Shown: one piece after another, positions 1 to 26,162 of the stretch
How positions within the stretch are numbered: the first letter of the stretch is position 1
Layout of the letters: the number at the start of each line of letters is the position of its first letter
Source: Lytechinus pictus
Taxonomy: Eukaryota
Length of the DNA stretch: 64,000 nt
Direction of reading: 5' to 3'
NCBI RefSeq assembly: GCF_037042905.1
Contig: NC_087252.1
Coordinates: 22,940,001 to 23,004,000, forward strand
Program-made: the position numbers and the translations under genes
Notes under the pieces: model-generated
The model's database searches: none
What the model was told of the DNA's origin: nothing
The model's input: the letters and a program-made list of their open reading frames with translations, nothing else

Positions 1-3600
<3,600 letters not shown>

Positions 3601-3890
3601 GTTTGAAGATTTAGCGTTAAAGGCGACAAAAATGCTAAGAAAATATATTAAACAGATGTATTGCTCTGAGGACGTCTGATGCGTAGCGCTAGCAATTCCC
3701 AAATGTGACGGTTTATCACATCAGCCGTGTATTCATAATTCATGTTTTGTTTACTAATATTCAGCAGTCAGCGAATGATGAATGTGTTACTAGCTAGCCA
3801 CAAAGGGTGCATAACATTTCTATGGTAGCTATTATGATCTGCAACAATGGTTGCTTACAGTCACTTACCAACAGAGAGAATCATTTCAGG
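3601..3890 (-). promoter_or_regulatory. 5'UTR/proximal promoter of tubulin A
   Basis: About 290 bp aligns closely to 18158-18446 (e.g. gaggacgtctgatgcgtagcgc, agcaattcccaaatgtgacggtttatca, tagctagccacaaagggtgcataac) while flanks diverge. Confidence 0.8.
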
Positions 3891-4010
3891 CATCGATGAA
3901 CCCTCGAGTAAGGGTGGATTCAGGATTTCCCAGAGGGTCACCTCCCCCCCGAAAATGCCTAGGGGTCATGGCCCACTTGACACCCCACCCTTGATCTGCT
4001 TCTGCCGTCA

Positions 4011-4604
4011 TTAAAGGTCAAGAACACCTCAGAAAAATGTTGATTTTAATCAATAGAGAAAGATCAGACAAGCAATATGCTGAAAATTTCATCAAAATCG
4101 GATGTAAAATTGAAAAAGTTATGTCATTTTAAAGGTTCGCTTATTTTTCACAAAATAGTTATATACACAATTTAGTCACATGTAAATGCGAGAATAGATG
4201 ATGTCCCTCACTCCCTATTTCTTTTGTTTTTTATTTTTTGAATTATACATTATTTCAATTTTTACAATAAGGACAAACTTGACTGATCCATAGAATGTTA
4301 AACAATGGTAATTCCTCATGTTCATGGAGAAATAAAACATTGATTCACATGACAATGGGGAGAAAATTAGAATATTTCATATTTCCTATAATAAAATACA
4401 AAATAAATAGTGAGTGAGTGATGTTATCAGTTCCTTCATTTGCATACCGACTGGGATGTGCATAGAACTGTTTTGCGAAAGTTAAGAATGTCATAACTTT
4501 CTTATTTTACATCCGATTTTGATGAAATTTTCAGCATTATGCTTGTTGGATTTTTCTCTTTTTATTCAAATCAACTTTTTGTTGGGGGTGGACTTGTCCT
4601 TTAA
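4011..4604. mobile_element. MITE with TTAA TSD (Kolobok/piggyBac-type)
   Basis: ttaa-aggtcaag ... cttgtcct-ttaa; long imperfect TIRs (aaaatttcatcaaaatcggat / atccgattttgatgaaatttt). Confidence 0.82.
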
Positions 4605-5169
4605 TGAAGATAAGGTTTCGGGGGACAAGGCTTTAGAGAAATATATAGTGCTGTGGAATAATGATTATGGTCAGGGGGCACCAGGGCACTTTGATTAGGG
4701 GCAAAGACGGCTTAGTTCTAAACGTCATCTCATTTTTGTCTCAATAGATTATTACTATATAGGTAACGATGCACAAATCTCTCCTTTTACTCAATTCTTA
4801 ATCCCCCCCCCTCTTTCTCCTCATTTTATCACTACTGAAAAAGACATAGACGAGTCATCACCCCCTGCCCCCTGCGTGGCCCTTACCCTCATAATTGTGA
4901 TGGTAATATCCTAAATCCAGTAATTGCATCATCAACGTGGTCAGTTTTTATTTGAAGGGTATGTATGAGCAACGTACAATTATGTTAATATACATGTACT
5001 TCTTATTTCCCCATCTTCTCCCTTAGAAGATGCACTCCCAGTTCATGTGGCGACATGGTCGTGATAATTATTATAAAAATTCTGCTTTTGTCATTTTTAT
5101 ACAGGGATATTGAGGGAGCCATATTTCTAAGCGCCTAACGAATGTTTTATTTCCACGTCTTTATGATTC

Positions 5170-5425
5170 TGGCATGCCCACACACATTGTAAGCACATTA
5201 TCCACTCCCTGTGGAGTGTTTCACTTACAGTTTCCAACTCAATGGCTCGGCATAGGAGAGTTTTTCGCATCTTTATCCACTGGGTAGGTCTACCCATTTA
5301 TAAGCTGGGTGGGGAATGGCATAGTTAGAATTGATACCTTGACAGGGATGCTCGGCCACCGTGGGATTCGAACATACGACCCTCTGATTACAAGGCGAGA
5401 GTCGAAACCGCTGTACCAAGACGAT
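5170..5425 (-). mobile_element. tRNA-derived SINE
   Basis: Reverse-complement B-box (gggattcgaac) and the core 'cacccagcttataaatgggtag' shared with other copies. Confidence 0.65.
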
Positions 5426-7181
5426 TCTCCCTTTTATTTTTAATTTGCATCTATTTCACAATATGCGATAGTTATGTACTTAACATGAAATCATAGAATT
5501 TTAAGCAGTATTCTACCTAAACAAATTAACTTTCTGCTGTTATTGACGTGACTCTGGAATTTAAACTTTTTCCAGTGGTTTAATCCTGCTGTGTTTGATC
5601 TTTCCGAGGTAACTCACTTTTTGGTAAACTTCATTTTGCGTGCTGAAAATAATAATGAATAAAAATCCATTAAATAGTCATCATCCCAACCTTTCCTCCT
5701 ATCACACAATAATATTACAGTATGAATCATACGATGCTACCATGGCCGCAGTCACATTGATAAAACGGGACCCAGACCGACAAAAGCTATAACGTTATTG
5801 CCATTTACTTATCATCGGTCGGTCTGTCCGTGTATCAATGGTGTGACTGTAACACATCCCTTGCTTGTTATAAACCAACCCATCAGTTATCACGCGTCGT
5901 TGATTCCTTTCATGAAGCAAAAAGTTTAATACAAGATTCTATAGAGTGAAGGTTCATGAATTTCAACGTATTGCCTGGGTCATGCAGTTTGTATGCAGTT
6001 GCATGGTTACTTTTGAAGCTCCTTGGTTACGTGATAGTTGTTTCATTCTCTCACACGAGGTCCCCGAGGCAGTGGCGTGTTGAGCCAGAAAAACGGAGGG
6101 GACTAGACATGGCATATCTGGCAAAATTTCTTACAAGCTGTGGCGAACGAAGCGCGCGATCATTTTTTACCTTTAAATATAAAGATCTAATTTCGTAAAA
6201 GATTTTGACATTATGTTCAGAAAATAATATGTTTAATTCCTTTTGCTTTCCTATTTCTTTATCTCTCTCTTTTTTTTCTTAGTCCTGAAAATATATACGC
6301 CAGTGCGAGATCCTGTAACAAAGTTTCAGTTTGATCAGTGTTCATTATTATATGCCTAATACTATATGATCTCTGGTGGGGTTGGGGGCTGTCAATACAA
6401 GCCAGACCCGAAACAAATAATCATCGTTCGATTTCAGAATACCCCCAAATACTTTTGCCATGTTCTCTCTTACCTGAGTAATGTCCAAATATTTGAATTT
6501 CATGAGAGGGATGAGAGGTAGGCCCTTCTCCCGGGCCCTTCTATCCTGAATTTTTTTTTACATTTTGAAAGTTGAAACCCTTTTCACTGTACTCATGGAC
6601 ATAGCCTGGTCATGAATATTGACAATTAGATATCAAGACTACCGTCAATGTTACATGCTTTTGATCGAGAGGAGTTATTCTAATTTCACAATTTGTTCAT
6701 GCTTCCAAAACAGGCTTTCGTTGTTTAAGTTTTAACCCCATAATAGCATACATGTATATAAGTGTTTCCTTAGTATTTTTTAAGTATTTCCTCTTCTTCG
6801 TTGAAAGGTTGATTGCACCATTTAATTAAATCTACATTTTAAAAATTATACTCCACAACATTGGCCTACAAAAATTATATTGCAAGTATCAAGCGAGCAA
6901 AAAGTTTAACTTTTTTTTTAAATGAAAGTCTAATTTTGTAGCGTATTTTGTCATTTTGTTTCATGTTTAATATTTTACCTTATATCCCCCCTTTTTCTCG
7001 GTTTACGTTTTTTTTTCTTTTGGGGGGGGGGGGGGTACACAAGCGCCGCAGTCTATAAGCCAGTGCCCTTCATAAATCTAGTATCCCATGATATGTTCTC
7101 TTTTTTATATTCGTTTACTGATCATGAATTGGACAGTGTGGAAAATTATTATTTAAAAAAAGTCACCCCGGCTTTTTCCCA

Positions 7182-7348
7182 CACTGTAAAAAAATGATGT
7201 GCCAATTTAGCACTTACAGTGCTTGTATAGTGACTGCACTACGAGTGCTGATATTCTAGTTTAAATTTGAACTAGAAAATCAGCACTCGTAGTGCAGTCA
7301 CTATACAAGCACTGTAAGTGCTAAATTAGCACTTCATTTTTTACAGTG
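7182..7348. mobile_element. Near-perfect ~167-bp palindromic MITE with CACTG ends (EnSpm/CACTA-like)
   Basis: cactgtaaaaaa ... ttttttacagtg; arms pair almost fully. Confidence 0.8.
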
Positions 7349-8547
7349 CATTTTCTTCCGTTTGAATCAGTCCCTTTGTACGTAAGTCAGATCTATTAAA
7401 TTCGTTGTTACATAACTAGTTCCATTTTCCGCCAAAAATTAGATCCAACACACACTCACACATAAGCATTATCCAACTGACATATGTGACAGTCATTAAC
7501 ACACACACACACACACACACCCTACCCACCCACAAAAGCAAACACGCTCTCTCACACACTGTCTCTTCGGCCTACACACGTCCCACCCACATATCGTCCC
7601 ACCCTTACACACCTTATCATCAATCTGCATCCACAACAACACACACCCCCAAACTATATAACTTCCTCTCCCAGATCTTCCCACCCACTTTCTCATCCTA
7701 TCAAACCATGAAATCTTCACACTCTTTCGAATTATGCTGAAATTTCATTGTTTAACTTGAAGTTAAAATCAGTCAACCTCCCCCGTCTCTTAATAATTAA
7801 CCACTGACGTACACCCCACACCACACACACTGTCATACACACACATCTTCACTTCTATTTTCACGCTCTCTCTGTCCTCTTTCATTCCCGAGCACACGGA
7901 TAAAATTACACATTATTTAGCATTCATTTCAGACACACATATCGAGGCTCCCCCCACCTCTGTCTCTATCTCACTCGCTCTCTCTCCCTCTCTACACATG
8001 TATATCTATCTTTTTATCTCCATCCCACTCTTTACATTAAAAAGGTAATTGAACTTGCAAATCATGTGATCAGGTTGAAATAAAATTATTTTATTGCATT
8101 TGATACCTGGAAAATTCATATAAATTCTTTTATTCAGCCCTTCTGGATCTTATTTAACTTAACCCTTCTCATATTTTTTAAACTTACTTACACAATATAC
8201 TTAACTGACTTTTTTCCTTTTTTGAGGGGGGGGGGGGATAAATTTGGGCTCACATTTAATTGTTTGTAAAGCGATAAGGAAGGCCACTGCTTTACTGAAT
8301 CACTGACATAAGAAATATTGATTTTGATTATTGAGTTTGCAAACAATTCTGTATTAAAGTATCTGTAATGTAATTAAATTTCATCATAAACACGAAAAAT
8401 TACCAAGTCGGAGTACTTTTGTCTGTAACGAGGTCTGTAAACAAACGTGAGCCGCAAATTGGAGTTGTACTAAATGAAGAAACAGGTTTTAACGATGTTT
8501 TGTTAAAAAAAAAAAATATTAATCAAACTGATGAGATCTCTAGCTAT

Positions 8548-18157
<9,610 letters not shown>

Positions 18158-18446
18158 GATTGAAGATTTGTTGTTGAAGGTGATACAAGTACTTAAAAAC
18201 GGTAGGTTTCTTGCTCCGAGGACGTCTGATGCGTAGCGCGAGCAATTCCCAAATGTGACGGTTTATCATATCGGCCGTGTATTCATAATTCATATCTTGT
18301 TTACTGATATTCAGCAGTCAGTAACTGGTGAGTAGGTTGCTAGCTAGCCACAAAGGGTGCATAACGTTTCCATGGTAGATATTATGATCTGCAATAATGG
18401 ACGCTCATTGCCGCTTACCAACAGATCGAGAGAATCATTTCAGGCG
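18158..18446 (-). promoter_or_regulatory. 5'UTR/proximal promoter of tubulin B, with X-box-like gtttccatggtaga at 18366-18379
   Basis: Conserved block shared with paralogue A. Confidence 0.8.
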
Positions 18447-19626
18447 TAGAACCCTAACGTAGCATGCGGTGTAGGGATTGGTCTGGGTTTTGTCAGAGGG
18501 CATGCAAGGGGGGGGGGGATAAATGGGGGGAATTTCTAGGGACTAGCTAGGCCCATTCGCCCCTCCCCCTTGATCCACAACTACAGTCAATAAATTAATA
18601 ATTGTTATGATGGGAATGGGGGCTGCCAAGGTGTAAGTTTTGGAATGATGAAGATGGAGTTGTATATTGGGGTCGAACATTTTGAATGGCCACTTTTATG
18701 TTTTCTTTTTGTCAAACGGAAGTTCACAATATATTTCTGATTAATCTATTTATTTATTTTTTTTGTTTATTATTTATTAAAACATCATTTTACAGGATAA
18801 CACGCTCAGATTGACTGTTTTCTAGCATTGTCCTGTTAACATAAAATAAGAATAAGAACAATAGGTACATAAAAGAGTACTTAGGTTCTACAAATATCAT
18901 GAATTCAGTACAAGAAAATCAGACAAATCACCAATACAAAGTCGTTAAACATAACACACCAAAAAAAACACGAGACATCGGGTAAATGAGAAAAGTTATC
19001 ATAGACAAAAACAATATAACAGGGTGACACGGTGTATGCGTCAATTCTATCCTAATTTGGGCATGTGGTAGGAGAATCAGTGGTTACTAGATCTAGAGCC
19101 AAGCCCATCCCCCACCCATTATTGGTCCTCAAGATTTGATTCTGTTTAAATGTTTAAGGTTGAGCCACGACAACTTCACAATTATGATCATCATTATGAA
19201 ACACGATGTTCTGGCAGTCGACCATCAATGCAATCGTGATTAATACAACACTTACTGGTAACCTATACTGACCCCCCCCCCCCCCCCCCGCTGACATGCC
19301 CTACTTGGGGCATGCTCCCTCCCCCTTGCACTGGTTATACGTGCGTGTTTTGAAGTGCTATGTTGCTAAGCGATGCATTGCCATACGTCGCTGAATCCTT
19401 TCACAAATCATAATGGGTGACATTTCTAAAGAATATTAATTTCAAGTTATCTCTGGGACCAAAAGTTTATACGACATGCGTTAGATAGTTGGTATTAAAA
19501 ACACCAATGTTGCGAAATATGACTAGACACAACAGTTGCACCCAACTTAACACTTATCTATTAATTTTTATAGTAGTTTTTAGAATGTATCAGTGGTTCA
19601 CATGATATTGGAGTGGAGGGCATAGC

Positions 19627-20184
19627 ATTCAATTCAATTCAATTCAATTCAATTTATTTTCATTCTTCAACATAATACAAATAATTACATGATAAATCAA
19701 TTCAATTCAAATAAAAGCATGAACAAAATTCAACATTAAATAAATAATATACATATTCAATAAGTGATTCAAATATAAATTAACATGCATGTCAAATTTA
19801 AATCAATATAATCAATATAATTAATTAAATATAATTTAATCAATATAATCATATATCATGAGAAGAATGGAGGGGTCCACTGAAAAGCAAAGCTTGTAAA
19901 ATGTGAACCCCTCAAAAAGTTAGGATAGAAAAAATATTAAAATATACGTAAAGGAATACATGAAGATAACGAAAGGGGCAAAAAAAATCTTATATACAGG
20001 ATTGTGAAATTCAGAGACAAAAGACAATACACGACACAACACAACACAGGACGGTACATGAGGGTGGACAATAGTACGATGACAACTGCCTAGAATATAG
20101 AAAGAAAAATAGAGATAGGGAGAGGGATGCAAAGCTAATCTGCTGCATATATATTATGTCTACACATACATACACATCATGTAC

Positions 20185-20215
<31 letters not shown>

Positions 20216-23155
20216 CATACAAATACACACATACACACGCACCCTTACACACACACATACATACGGACATACACACATACACATATACAATATAAAAAGT
20301 AGAATATAATGTATAGACAAGCTATAACTTTTGTATGTCTAATTGGAAAAAATATGTCATGTTCTGTATAAACATAGATAATAGACTAGCAATAAGGCAA
20401 AATTTTAGTTTAGAATAATAAACATAATTCATTAAGACTTTAGGAGCATAAGTTTTAGTTTGTTTTTAAAGGACAGTAAAGAACGGGCGTCTTTAATCTC
20501 ATCGTCAAGGGAATTCCAAAATCTTGGACCTGTATATAAGTAAGTATTTTGTGCTAGAAGCGTTCTAAGAAGGGGCAAGTGATATTCATTTGACTGCCTG
20601 GTGGGATAGTTATGGAGGGATTGGTTTCGGGGAAACATGGAATCAAATATGCGTGGCAACGAATTATTTTTATATTTAAACATGAATTGACCTAATTGAA
20701 ACAAATATAAATTTTTTATTTTCATGATTTTATGTTTCAGAAACAATGGATCTGTATGAGAACGAAATGGTGCATTACATATAATTCGGAGTGTTTTCTT
20801 TTGTAAAATTAATATTTTGTCCAATAAAGAATTGTGGGTATTACCCCAAGCTAATATTCCATAATTAAGGTAAGGTAAAATCAAAGAGGAGTATAACATG
20901 AGTAATGTGACGGAAGGAAAAGAGTGTTTTAACTTATTAATTACACCAATATTACGAGATAATATTTTGCTCACATTAAGAACGTGGGGTTTCCAAGAAA
21001 GTTTATCATCAACTATAATTCCTAAAAATTTAATTTGGGAAACACATTGTAAAGGTGTATCATCAAAGATGATGTCAGAAGGTAAAGATTCAATAGAATT
21101 ACTAAATATCATATATTTGGTTTTGTTTAAATTAAGAGATAGTTTATTGGCACGTATCCATTGAGTCAAATTTAGCAATTCCAAATTCATAATCTGAACT
21201 AGGGTGTGAGGGTTTTTGTGAGCAAAAAATACATTGGAATCATCTGCAAAAAGAATAAACGAAAGAATGTCAGATGATCTGTGAAAATCGTTAATGTAAA
21301 TTATGAATAAAAGAGGCCCTAATATACTACCTTGTGGGACACCACAATTAATGTCATGTTGATCAGAAATGTGATTATTTAAATAAACATATTGTTTTCT
21401 TTCTTTAAGGTAATTCCTGAACCACTCCAAGGCAATTCCACGTATTCCATAATGATAAAGTTTGTAAAGTAAAATGTCATGGTTAATAGTGTCGAATGCC
21501 TTGGAGAAGTCCAGGAATATACCAATTAGATGCGAATGATCATCCAAAGAATGGGCTACTTTATGCACAAAATTTAAAAGAGCGTGGATAGTGCTATGTT
21601 TTTGTCTAAAACCAAATTGAAAGTTAGTAAATATATCATTGACTTTAAAAAATTTAGTTGTTCTAATAAAAATTAATCTTTCTAAAATCTTAGAAAGAGA
21701 AGAGAGTAAAGATATAGGACGGTAATTACCAGCATCAAGCTCGTCTCCCTTTTTAAATAAGGGAATAACTTTCGCAATTTTCATTTGCTTAGGAAAAATA
21801 CCACTTAAAATAGATTTATTTAATATATGTGTCAAGGGCTCAACAATAGACGAAATGGTACCTTTTAATATAAAATTACTTATGTCATCATGACCAGCAC
21901 TGTGTTTATTATTTAAGGAGGAAACAATATCGGTAACTTCATAAATAGTAGTCGGATAGAAGAAAATGGAATTGGCATTAGGTTGTCCCAAGAATTTAGA
22001 AAAATGCTTGTTAGATTGTGGAATTTTTTGTGCCAGATTTTCCCCTATGGTAGAAAAGTATGAATTTAAAACATTGGCGATTTCTGTGGGATCTTCAATA
22101 TTCCGATTATTAAATCTTATTTTAGTAATATTTGATTTCTTTTTTGAAATATTCAGGGCTTGCTTAATAACTTTCCATGTGTTTTTCATGTCATGTTTAT
22201 ATTGTTCTAATTGAATTGAGTAATATTTCTTTTTTTCTGCACGCAAGATTTTTATTAATGTATTTTTATAAGAAGTATACTTAATTTTTGAATGTTCATT
22301 CTTTTTTATTTTGAATTTATAGTACAGTCGGTTTTTTTTATTAATTGAGCGCAAGAGGGAGTTAGAAATCCATGGAAGTCTGGGTGATGTTTTATAATTA
22401 ACTCGATTATCATTCTTTTTAGGAATATGATCATCTAGATGTTTTTTAAATATACTTAAAAAATTGCCTAAGGATAGATCGACATCGTCAGTGTTATAAA
22501 CACTAGACCAATCAACTCTATCTAAACTGACACCAAGACTAGCTAAGTTTTCTGGGGTGGCCCTACGTCTTGCTGGTAAGGGATATACTTTATTTAAGGA
22601 ACAATTAAGATTAAAAAATGACATAATTGGATAATGATCAGTAATATCAGAAAGGACTATTAAGGATTCTGGGGGTGGTAATGAGTTACACAGTATATTG
22701 TCAAGGAGAGTGGCTGAGTGATTGCTAACACGCGTAGGTTTAGAAATTAATGGCAAGAACGAGGCTGAGTAAAGTGTTTCAAGAATGTCATGTGATAAAT
22801 TGTTACTAGCATGTTTTAATAGATCGATATTAAAATCGCCCATTACAAATACATCTTTGTTAATAAAATTAACGTTACTCAGAATAGATGTTATAAATTG
22901 AAAGAAATCATTATTATTTGAGTTTGGGGGTCTATAAATAATTCCAACTATTATATTTTTGCTATGAGGAATAGAAATTTCAACAAATAATGACTCAATA
23001 AATTCATTCATAAAATTAAGTTCGTTTAGGGCAGTGAATTCAAAATTATTGGAAAGATAAAGTGCTACGCCCCCACCCGACTTTTTTGATCTGTTATTAA
23101 CAATAAAATCATATCCATTTAATGCATAAGGTAAATTTGTGTCAGTTGTAAGCAT
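19627..23155 (-). mobile_element. 5'-truncated CR1/L2-group LINE (Crack/Daphne-like)
   Basis: Open ORF2, ~800-bp 3'UTR with a stem-loop at 19870-19913, and a (TTGAA)n tail at 19627-19655. Confidence 0.9.
20432..23155 (-). CDS. LINE ORF2: partial APE endonuclease + reverse transcriptase (907 aa, no stops)
   Basis: GGGVALY, IYRPPN, GDFNID, TDHYP; NYRPISLL, QFGFR, DFSKAFD, GVPQGSILGP, LFADD, KFLG. Confidence 0.93.
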   Translation of the reverse strand: MLTTDTNLPYALNGYDFIVNNRSKKSGGGVALYLSNNFEFTALNELNFMNEFIESLFVEISIPHSKNIIVGIIYRPPNSNNNDFFQFITSILSNVNFINKDVFVMGDFNIDLLKHASNNLSHDILETLYSASFLPLISKPTRVSNHSATLLDNILCNSLPPPESLIVLSDITDHYPIMSFFNLNCSLNKVYPLPARRRATPENLASLGVSLDRVDWSSVYNTDDVDLSLGNFLSIFKKHLDDHIPKKNDNRVNYKTSPRLPWISNSLLRSINKKNRLYYKFKIKKNEHSKIKYTSYKNTLIKILRAEKKKYYSIQLEQYKHDMKNTWKVIKQALNISKKKSNITKIRFNNRNIEDPTEIANVLNSYFSTIGENLAQKIPQSNKHFSKFLGQPNANSIFFYPTTIYEVTDIVSSLNNKHSAGHDDISNFILKGTISSIVEPLTHILNKSILSGIFPKQMKIAKVIPLFKKGDELDAGNYRPISLLSSLSKILERLIFIRTTKFFKVNDIFTNFQFGFRQKHSTIHALLNFVHKVAHSLDDHSHLIGIFLDFSKAFDTINHDILLYKLYHYGIRGIALEWFRNYLKERKQYVYLNNHISDQHDINCGVPQGSILGPLLFIIYINDFHRSSDILSFILFADDSNVFFAHKNPHTLVQIMNLELLNLTQWIRANKLSLNLNKTKYMIFSNSIESLPSDIIFDDTPLQCVSQIKFLGIIVDDKLSWKPHVLNVSKILSRNIGVINKLKHSFPSVTLLMLYSSLILPYLNYGILAWGNTHNSLLDKILILQKKTLRIICNAPFRSHTDPLFLKHKIMKIKNLYLFQLGQFMFKYKNNSLPRIFDSMFPRNQSLHNYPTRQSNEYHLPLLRTLLAQNTYLYTGPRFWNSLDDEIKDARSLLSFKNKLKLMLLKS

Positions 23156-23159
23156 CTAC

Positions 23160-23600
23160 AGATGCGGGACATAACATTTTGATTTTAGACTCTGTTCCCG
23201 GCATTACTGGCGTATGGATTCATTCATCGCAGCCATGCCTTATTTTGGCGCAAATCGAACTTTACATCACAAATAATTCATATCATTCATGGATCAGCAC
23301 CACAATACAGTCTTTCATTTATCAATTACTACAGACCAAGTACGTCTTTATCCGCTCATCCACTTCTGGCTCCCTTGTTATTCCAAAAGTCTCTAAAAAT
23401 GCATGCCCCACTTTGTGGAAGAGCCTTCCTGAAGACATCAAAAATGTACCTCTGTCAAGACTTTAGAAAATCTTCTCAAAACTATTTTATTTAACTAATA
23501 GCTCTTTGTTCGGCTTGAACACTCTACAGAGTGGCTTTGGCACTTTATAAGTCATATTATTATTATTTATTTTTTAATCATTATTATTATTATTATCATT
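23160..23600 (+). mobile_element. Decayed L2-like 3' fragment with (TTA)n tail
   Basis: PTLWKSLPEDIKN resembles the L2 ORF2 C-terminus; followed by ttataagtcatattattattat. Confidence 0.5.
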
Positions 23601-23781
23601 ACTATTATAAAATACATCCTGATTATCCAAGCGTTAACATGCACGTACCACATAAATATGGTATCAAGTTATTAGGGAGAAAATACCTCTTTCAGGCAAT
23701 ATATAAGAATTATGTGTTCATGACACATTTTTTTCCTTTAAATTTGGGATTAGTGAGGTGTAATTTTTTATCACTCACACG

Positions 23782-24317
23782 CAGAGGCGTCGATCCTGGG
23801 GGGGGGGGGGGGGGGGGCAGGGGAAGGTGGCGATCGCCCCACCAATGAAAATATTGGGGGGGGGGGCAAACATATCATTTTGCCCCCCCCCCCAATAATT
23901 CCGGATATGCATTAAAAAAAACAAGATTGTAATGTTCAGCAAGCGAGATTGAGATACACAACTCGTTCTTTATTTAAAATCGTGCTCAAAATGTCCGCTT
24001 TTCAGATTGGAATATACAAATTTTCAGCTCGCGCTTCGCGCTCGCATCATTTTTGTAGCAAAAACCCATACTTTTCATGATTAGATTGGTGAATGTAAAT
24101 GTCCCGTTTTCAGTTCTAAGCCTCAAAAGAACTGCTTCAATTTGCAATCATCTTTTTTTGGATATATAGCTTGTTTTTTATCAAAAACGTCCAGTAAACT
24201 GTCATTTTTTCAGATCGAAATATCAAAATTTTCAGCTCGCGCTTCGCGCTCGCATCTATTCTTCTTTTAGATACTCGTACTATCTGTGTAGTGAGATACG
24301 TGTCTGTGTCTCATGAG

Positions 24318-24381
<64 letters not shown>

Positions 24382-24777
24382 ATATTTGTATATTCCAATC
24401 TGAAAAGCGGACATTTTGAGCACGATTTTAAATAAAGAACGAGTTGTGTATCTCAATCTCGCTTGCTGAACATTACAATCTTGTTTTTTTTAATGCATAT
24501 CCGGAATTATTGGGGGGGGGGCAAAATGATATTACTGTCCACGGAGTTTTTATACTTTTCTTTGTTTGAACCTATTTATAATNNNNNNNNNNNNNNNNNN
24601 NNNNNNNNNNNNNNNNNNNNNNNNNNNNNNNNNNNNNNNNNNNNNNNNNNNNNNNNNNNNNNNNNNNNNNNNNNNNNNNNNNNNNNNNNNNNNNNNNNNN
24701 NNNNNNNNNNNNNNNNNNNGAACGTTAATGATTTTGCCCCCCCCCCCCCCAATCTGAAAAATGGATCGACGCCCCTG
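23782..24777. mobile_element. hAT-like non-autonomous element, 8-bp TSD ctcacacg (spans an N-gap)
   Basis: TIR cagaggcgtcgatcc / ggatcgacgcccctg; internal gctcgcgcttcgcgctcgca motifs. Confidence 0.82.
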
Positions 24778-24882
24778 CTCACACGGTATGCGATGTTGGG
24801 AAAGTTCCAACCAGCCGGCATCATATAGTGTTCATGGTGTGTTCACAGTCTTTCCACATGCATAGTAGAATATGTGAAGGCA

Positions 24883-25112
24883 CACTGCAAAAACTCCGGT
24901 GTTGATTTAACACCAGCCCGGAATCTATTTATGTCCACACCAGAGAAGTGTTAAACAATTTCGTTTTGGTCTAACACGAGAAAGGTGTTTATACAACACC
25001 AATTAGCATTAAAACAGCATCGGTTTGATTCCGAACTGGTGTTGTTTTAATACTTCTCTGGTGTGGACTTATATAGATTCCGGGCTGGTGTTAAATCAAC
25101 ACCGGAGTTTTT
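24883..25112. mobile_element. CACTG-end palindromic MITE
   Basis: aaaactccggtgttgatttaacaccagcccggaatc and its reverse complement; second copy at 58968-59208. Confidence 0.8.
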
Positions 25113-25225
25113 AATTCACACCGTTATAATGTTAAAATCCGTCCGTGTAAAGATAATTTTACACTATCTGTGGACACCTCTATAGTGTGAAAAGTCACTG
25201 TGTGTTCATTTTATGGACTATATAA

Positions 25226-25370
25226 GGGCGTCGTGGTCTAGTGGTTTAATGACTCTCGTATTTCAATATGAGGGACATGGGTTCGATTCCATACTATGCA
25301 TGGCGTATTTTCCTTCAGCAAGACCTTTTTCCACATTGTGATGCACTCAACACAGGCAGGCAAGGTGAAT
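25226..25370 (+). mobile_element. tRNA-derived SINE (partial)
   Basis: gtggtctagtgg ... gggttcgattcc. Confidence 0.6.
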
Positions 25371-25794
25371 TATGCGAACATGTGATTCACGCATATATTC
25401 TTTAAAACTGTTAAGCCGACACCGAACGCTATAATGTTACACCAGGGAGTTTGGAGTTAGACCCTGGTTACACTAACAAAACCATATCTAACCCGCCCAA
25501 CGGAATGTCATTGGTAATATATGGTAAAGGCTTTGGTGGAACTGTATCAGTTACGACACTGTGATTGTGTCATTGCTGATGATGACAATCCTTCTCTTGC
25601 AAGTTGTGTTTGCTATAAATTAGAAGTACATAATATTTGTTCAGAATTATATCATGCTATCATTTTTTTTCTCTATGATTCATGCTCAAAACAGATTTTT
25701 GGAATATATTGTATTTTTTATGTTATGGAAAAAACTTATTATTCGAATGATATGAATGCAGAAGAAAACAATAAAATCAAATCATAACCCTGAC

Positions 25795-26162
25795 CAGTGG
25801 CGTACCTAGGATTTTCCACAGGGGGGCAAACCCGTCCGCCAAAAAATTTGACATGCAAAAAAAAAAAAGGGTCTTCAATCACAAAAAAAGGATTTTGTAA
25901 CAAAAAAAAATTGACAAGCAAAAAAAAAAAAAAAAGGTCTTCAATCACAAATAAAGGATTTCGTACCATAAAACAAATTGACAAGCAAAAAAAAAAAAAA
26001 AAGGTATTCAAGTCAGGGGGGCAATAAAGGTCTTCAAGCTCGTTAGGGGGGGCAAAAAAGGTCTTTCAAGCTCCTCAGGGGGGCAGGGATACGTCCTTTG
26101 CATGGGTTGTGGCTCGTCAGGGGGGCAGACTGCCCCCCTGCCCCCCCGTAGGTACGCTAGTG
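25795..26162. mobile_element. hAT-like MITE, 8-bp TSD accctgac
   Basis: cagtggcgtaccta / taggtacgctagtg. Confidence 0.85.

Noticed and set aside
20432-23155. Host gene or domesticated reverse transcriptase
   Set aside because: 5'-truncated inside the endonuclease, no true ATG start, and it retains a LINE 3' tail.
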